NCBI GenBank assembly: GCA_041586955.1
Contig: JBFGZE010000095.1
Span: forward strand, 1 to 11,956
DNA: 11,956 nucleotides
Direction: 5' to 3'
Origin: Bacteriovoracaceae bacterium
GTDB lineage: Bacteria > Bdellovibrionota > Bacteriovoracia > Bacteriovoracales > Bacteriovoracaceae
Part shown: one piece after another, positions 8,346 to 11,956 of the stretch
Layout: each line of letters starts with the position of its first letter
Numbering within the stretch: the stretch's first letter is position 1
The notes under the pieces: generated by a model
The model's database searches: none
Told to the model about the DNA's origin: nothing
The model's input: only the letters and a program-made list of their open reading frames with translations
Position numbers and translations under genes: made by a program

Positions 8346-9853
8346 GTACAAGAACGAAACCAATTGCTGGCGAGTTATTGCGCTTAAAAGAAGAGATTCA
8401 CCAATACGCATTGGATTATGGTCTCGACTTTTATCCGGTTATTTTTGAAGTTTGTGATTACGACACAATTAATATTCTCGCTGCCCAGGGAGGTTTCCCT
8501 AGTCGTTACCCCCATTGGCGCTTTGGTATGGACTATGATCAATTGTCTAAAGGCTATGCCTATGGTGTTCAAAAAATTTATGAGATGGTGGTGAATACCA
8601 ATCCTTGTTATGCCTATCTCTTAAATGCCAATCACCTAGTCGATCAAAAAACGGTCATGGCCCATGTTTATGGGCACGCTGATTTTTTCAAAAACAATGC
8701 TTGGTTTAAAAATACCGACCGAAATATGATGGACGTGATGGCCAATCATGGCACTAAGATTCGCCGTTATATGGAAAAATATGGCCAAGATCGTGTCGAA
8801 GACTTTGTTGACAAAGTTTTAAGCCTCGAGAATCTATTAGACACTCATGTTTTATTTGAAACAGAGCAAGTTAAGCGGGCGCGTAAAGATCAAGAGGCCG
8901 CGGCAATCCAGGAAATTATTGATGAATCGGAAAAGGACGAGCGCTCGCAGGCGCTGCAATCTTTTATGCGCTCTAAATTAAAAGGCGAAATGGAAGAAGG
9001 TCCTGAAGCACCAGAAAATAATAATGATGAAAATGCTTTTGCACCAGCTAACGTATCACGCCGTGACGTGATGATGTACCTCTTAAAAAATGCTCCCCTC
9101 AAAGAATGGGAAGCTGATATCCTAGGTATTCTTAGAGAGGAAGCTTATTATTATCTTCCTCAAAGAATGACTAAAATTATGAATGAGGGATGGGCCAGTT
9201 ATTGGCATTCGACCATTATGACCCAAAATGCCTTGCGTGCCAGTGAGATTATTGATTTTGCCGACCATCATGCTGGGGTGATGGCGATGAGCCGCAAAAA
9301 TATCAATCCTTATAAAATTGGTATCGAATTATTTCGAGATATTGAATTCCGTTGGAATACTGGTCGCTTTGGTAAGGAGTACAATGATTGCCAAGATATG
9401 GCCAAAAAGGAAAGTTGGAATACCAATACCAATATTGGTCGCGAGAAGATTTTTGAGGTCAGAAAGACCCATAATGACATTACCTTTATTGATGAATTTT
9501 TCACCAGGGAATTTTGTGAGCGGCAACAATTATTTACTTATAAATTCAACTCTCGTACCGGCCGATATGAAATAGATCATAGAGATTTTGAGGCCATTAA
9601 GGCGAAGCTTTTATCCTCTTTGACTAATTTTGGTCAGCCTTTAATCGAGGTTGAGTCGGGTAATTTTCAAAATAGAGGGGAACTTTTACTAAAGCATATT
9701 CACCAGGAGGTTGATCTCGACCTCTCTTTCGCTGCAGATACCCTACGCAATATTTATGCTATTTGGAAAAGGCCAGTCAATCTATCAACTATTCAGGAAA
9801 ATAAAGAACTCGTCTATCACTTCGACGGGAAAGAAATGAAGCCTCTTAAGTAA
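8342..9853 (+). CDS. spoVR: SpoVR/YcgB family protein
   Basis: 503 aa. Motifs: GFPSRYPHWRFG, IYEMVVNTNPCYAYL, MAHVYGHADFFKNN, YYYLPQRMTKIMNEGWASYWH and NPYKIG. ATGA overlap with the yeaH stop (8342-8345) suggests translational coupling. Confidence 0.96.
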   Translation: MSTRTKPIAGELLRLKEEIHQYALDYGLDFYPVIFEVCDYDTINILAAQGGFPSRYPHWRFGMDYDQLSKGYAYGVQKIYEMVVNTNPCYAYLLNANHLVDQKTVMAHVYGHADFFKNNAWFKNTDRNMMDVMANHGTKIRRYMEKYGQDRVEDFVDKVLSLENLLDTHVLFETEQVKRARKDQEAAAIQEIIDESEKDERSQALQSFMRSKLKGEMEEGPEAPENNNDENAFAPANVSRRDVMMYLLKNAPLKEWEADILGILREEAYYYLPQRMTKIMNEGWASYWHSTIMTQNALRASEIIDFADHHAGVMAMSRKNINPYKIGIELFRDIEFRWNTGRFGKEYNDCQDMAKKESWNTNTNIGREKIFEVRKTHNDITFIDEFFTREFCERQQLFTYKFNSRTGRYEIDHRDFEAIKAKLLSSLTNFGQPLIEVESGNFQNRGELLLKHIHQEVDLDLSFAADTLRNIYAIWKRPVNLSTIQENKELVYHFDGKEMKPLK

Positions 9854-9932
9854 ATTTCTCTAAGGTCATTCTTGACCAAGATGAATGGATAGAGGAAAAT
9901 AGATTTATATCTTTTCTACGGATGGAAGTCTA

Positions 9933-11825
9933 ATGTCTATAAAATGCATGGCCCTAATGGGTCTTATTCTCAGTATGTTCTCTTTTAATAGTTGGTCTCG
10001 GCCGGTTGTGGCGACAGTTGTACTTCTTCGAGGCGAAGTTACCCAATTGGTACCAGGTTCACGTATTGCTCGTAAGGTACAAAAGGGTGATCAATTACAA
10101 GAGGACACTTCCATTGTGACCAGTGACAAGTCTTTTGTCCGCATCAAATTTTCCGATGAAACAATTCTTAATATTGGTGCACGGTCAAAGGCGATTGTGG
10201 TACAAGCGGGCGGTAAAAGTCCAGGCATCATCACTCTTTTAAAAGGGCGCTTGCGCGCGAAAGTTAATAAGTCCAAGCATAAAAAAGGACGTCACAAGTT
10301 TTATGTGCGCACCCAGACTGCTGCTATGGGCGTGCGAGGCACCGAATTTGAAACCAATTATAACCCTCGTAACCATATTACTTCTCTCTTGACCTATAAA
10401 GGGGAAGTGGCGATGGTCCAAACAAAAGGGAAGGAAATAGAGGATGAAGTGCAGCGCCAGCAAGAAGTTGAAGATGTGACGAGGGATGGTGTTGAAATTA
10501 AAGATGCTCCAAAATTGGCCAAAACGATAAAAGAGGAAATGGAATTATCTCTTCAATCAAAAGAAGTAGTTGTCGTTAAGCAAGGTCAATTTTCGGGGAC
10601 CATTATCAGTTTAAATAAAACTTCTCTACCGGTTAAAGTGAGTCCAGTTCAGCTTAACCATCTCTATGCTAATAACGAAATGGTGGAAAATAAAGGAAGG
10701 GCGACCAGGCGGACAAATGTTTCTTTAGAAAATAAGAGTTTTAATCTCACTCCAGTTGAGCAAGAAGCACCTTTAGAGGGGTTCTACGATCCTAAGACGG
10801 GCGCTTACGCCCCTAAGGCCGGTGGCCTTCTCGATATGAGTTCCGGGCTATATATCTCACCTGGAGTCGATAGTGTATTTGACGAGAGAAATAATATTTA
10901 TGTGGCCTCAAATATTGGGGATATTGATAAGCGCACTGGCCAATATGTTGCCCCCCGCGGCCTAAAGTTAGATGCTGAAAAAGGTTTTGTGCCTCTTAAA
11001 TTTCGCAAAAATCCTTCTGCTGAAACTTTGACAAAGCAATTAGCGATGCGCGATCAAATGAATATCGCTCTCAGAAAAGACCTTCACTTACGAGAGAGAG
11101 TAGACAAAAATAAAGTGATTGATTTTCCCAAAATGCTAAGGTTAAGAGAATTGTTGGGCAAGCATACTGTCTCTGTTCACTTTAAACCAATGTCCTATTC
11201 TCTTGAAATGAGTGATGATACGTTAACTGCAGTAGAAACAAAATATGATTCTGATAATGCCAACTCTTTTCTTTTGAATTGGTCCATAAGATCGGGTTCA
11301 ACCTGGCAACCCGTTCTTAGCTTTGGTCGTCAAACAATTGCTTTTAAAGAAAACCAAGTTGCAGGGCTCTCCAAGGGTTCTGATCATTTGGCCCAAATGG
11401 GGTTTGGTGTGCGCTTTAACCTGTCCTCTCGTTGGAATCTCGTGACTATGTTGAGTTTAGAGCAAACTCTTTACCTGAATCATGAACCTGGTTCGAGTAG
11501 TACCACAGAAGAATTAATTAAGGTTTACTTACCACGGATACCGTTCACTTTAGAGGGTTTACTTATTAAATGGGGAACTATTGGTGTCCACTCAGACATT
11601 GGTTTTGTCACTAACCTTGCTAAGAAATCTGGTAACTTTGAAGTTAAGCCAGGCTTTGGCCTCAATTTTGATCTATACCTTAAGTGGTGGGTTAAGGCGA
11701 AATATTGGGCCAGCTTAGGTCTATCCAGTCATACGTTTCAAAGTGAAGTCGCCAATACCAACTTCACGGCCACGGCCAAAAACTCCTCTACAGCTCTTAA
11801 TTTGGGATTTGGTGCCTCTTTTTAA
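9933..11825 (+). CDS. Secreted FecR-domain protein with probable C-terminal outer-membrane beta-barrel
   Basis: 630 aa. Signal peptide (MSIKCMALMGLILSMFSFNSWS), a FecR-like domain (GDQLQEDTSIVT...IKFSDETILNIG...LLKGRL...VRTQTAAMGVRGTEF...LLTYKGEVAM), amphipathic beta-strands from about aa 410 and a terminal LNLGFGASF. Confidence 0.8.
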   Translation: MSIKCMALMGLILSMFSFNSWSRPVVATVVLLRGEVTQLVPGSRIARKVQKGDQLQEDTSIVTSDKSFVRIKFSDETILNIGARSKAIVVQAGGKSPGIITLLKGRLRAKVNKSKHKKGRHKFYVRTQTAAMGVRGTEFETNYNPRNHITSLLTYKGEVAMVQTKGKEIEDEVQRQQEVEDVTRDGVEIKDAPKLAKTIKEEMELSLQSKEVVVVKQGQFSGTIISLNKTSLPVKVSPVQLNHLYANNEMVENKGRATRRTNVSLENKSFNLTPVEQEAPLEGFYDPKTGAYAPKAGGLLDMSSGLYISPGVDSVFDERNNIYVASNIGDIDKRTGQYVAPRGLKLDAEKGFVPLKFRKNPSAETLTKQLAMRDQMNIALRKDLHLRERVDKNKVIDFPKMLRLRELLGKHTVSVHFKPMSYSLEMSDDTLTAVETKYDSDNANSFLLNWSIRSGSTWQPVLSFGRQTIAFKENQVAGLSKGSDHLAQMGFGVRFNLSSRWNLVTMLSLEQTLYLNHEPGSSSTTEELIKVYLPRIPFTLEGLLIKWGTIGVHSDIGFVTNLAKKSGNFEVKPGFGLNFDLYLKWWVKAKYWASLGLSSHTFQSEVANTNFTATAKNSSTALNLGFGASF

Positions 11826-11838
11826 GTCAATTTTCAAT

Positions 11839-11880
11839 AAACCTATTGAAGTGGAGAAGAATTCACTTTAATAGGTTTTT
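11839..11880. terminator. Bidirectional intrinsic terminator between convergent genes
   Basis: AAACCTATTGAAGTG (11839-11853) / CACTTTAATAGGTTT (11864-11878) form a 15-bp stem with one G-U pair on the plus strand. T-tracts are present on both sides (TTTTT on plus, TTTATT on minus). Confidence 0.8.
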
Positions 11881-11955
11881 GGGTAATTTAAAGGTTCCAT
11901 TTTCTTCGGCAGAAAAAGGAATTTCGCCTGTGACGGCATTGAGGTTTAAAGGCCC
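11863..11955 (-). CDS. 3' end of a convergent gene, product unknown (runs off the window)
   Basis: Open frame GPLNLNAVTGEIPFSAEENGTFKLPKNLLK-TGA, with the stop at 11865-11863 inside the terminator hairpin. Only 30 codons are visible. Confidence 0.55.
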   Translation of the reverse strand, partial: GPLNLNAVTGEIPFSAEENGTFKLPKNLLK

Positions 11956-11956
11956 G

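Noticed and set aside
8342..9853. spoVR and prkA as evidence of endospore formation
   Set aside because: These families are widespread in non-sporulating bacteria (E. coli yeaG, yeaH, ycgB), and no other sporulation genes are present.
5219..10463. Nested short ORFs within prkA, yeaH, spoVR and the FecR gene, including Pro/Ser- and Arg/Leu-rich ones at 7387-7678
   Set aside because: They are shadows of the real genes. The biased compositions simply mirror the Gly/Glu tract of yeaH.
1..11956. CRISPR array, tRNA/rRNA, transposase, integrase, prophage or defence island
   Set aside because: I saw no regularly spaced repeats or such motifs. Intergenic gaps are short (217 nt at most) and base composition looks uniform by eye.

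Overview
Gene-dense, AT-rich bacterial chromosomal window; the gene style suggests a Bdellovibrionota/deltaproteobacterial organism (inference only). Minus strand, reading leftward from 4944: a PP2C-family Ser/Thr phosphatase, an M23 peptidase, secA with an intrinsic terminator, then the 5' part of a signal-peptide-bearing Ppx/GppA-like (ASKHA) phosphatase that the ORF track missed. Plus strand, divergent from the phosphatase: the prkA(yeaG)-yeaH(DUF444)-spoVR(ycgB) operon, then a 630-aa secreted FecR-domain protein with a probable C-terminal outer-membrane beta-barrel, ending at a bidirectional terminator shared with a convergent truncated gene. I see no mobile elements, CRISPR arrays or RNA genes. 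Most genes belong to known families. The most interesting points are the head-to-head PP2C/PrkA arrangement, the AAA+/vWA/zincin-like motif set in the prkA operon, the FecR-repeat-barrel fusion, and the exported, probably leaderless Ppx/GppA-like enzyme.
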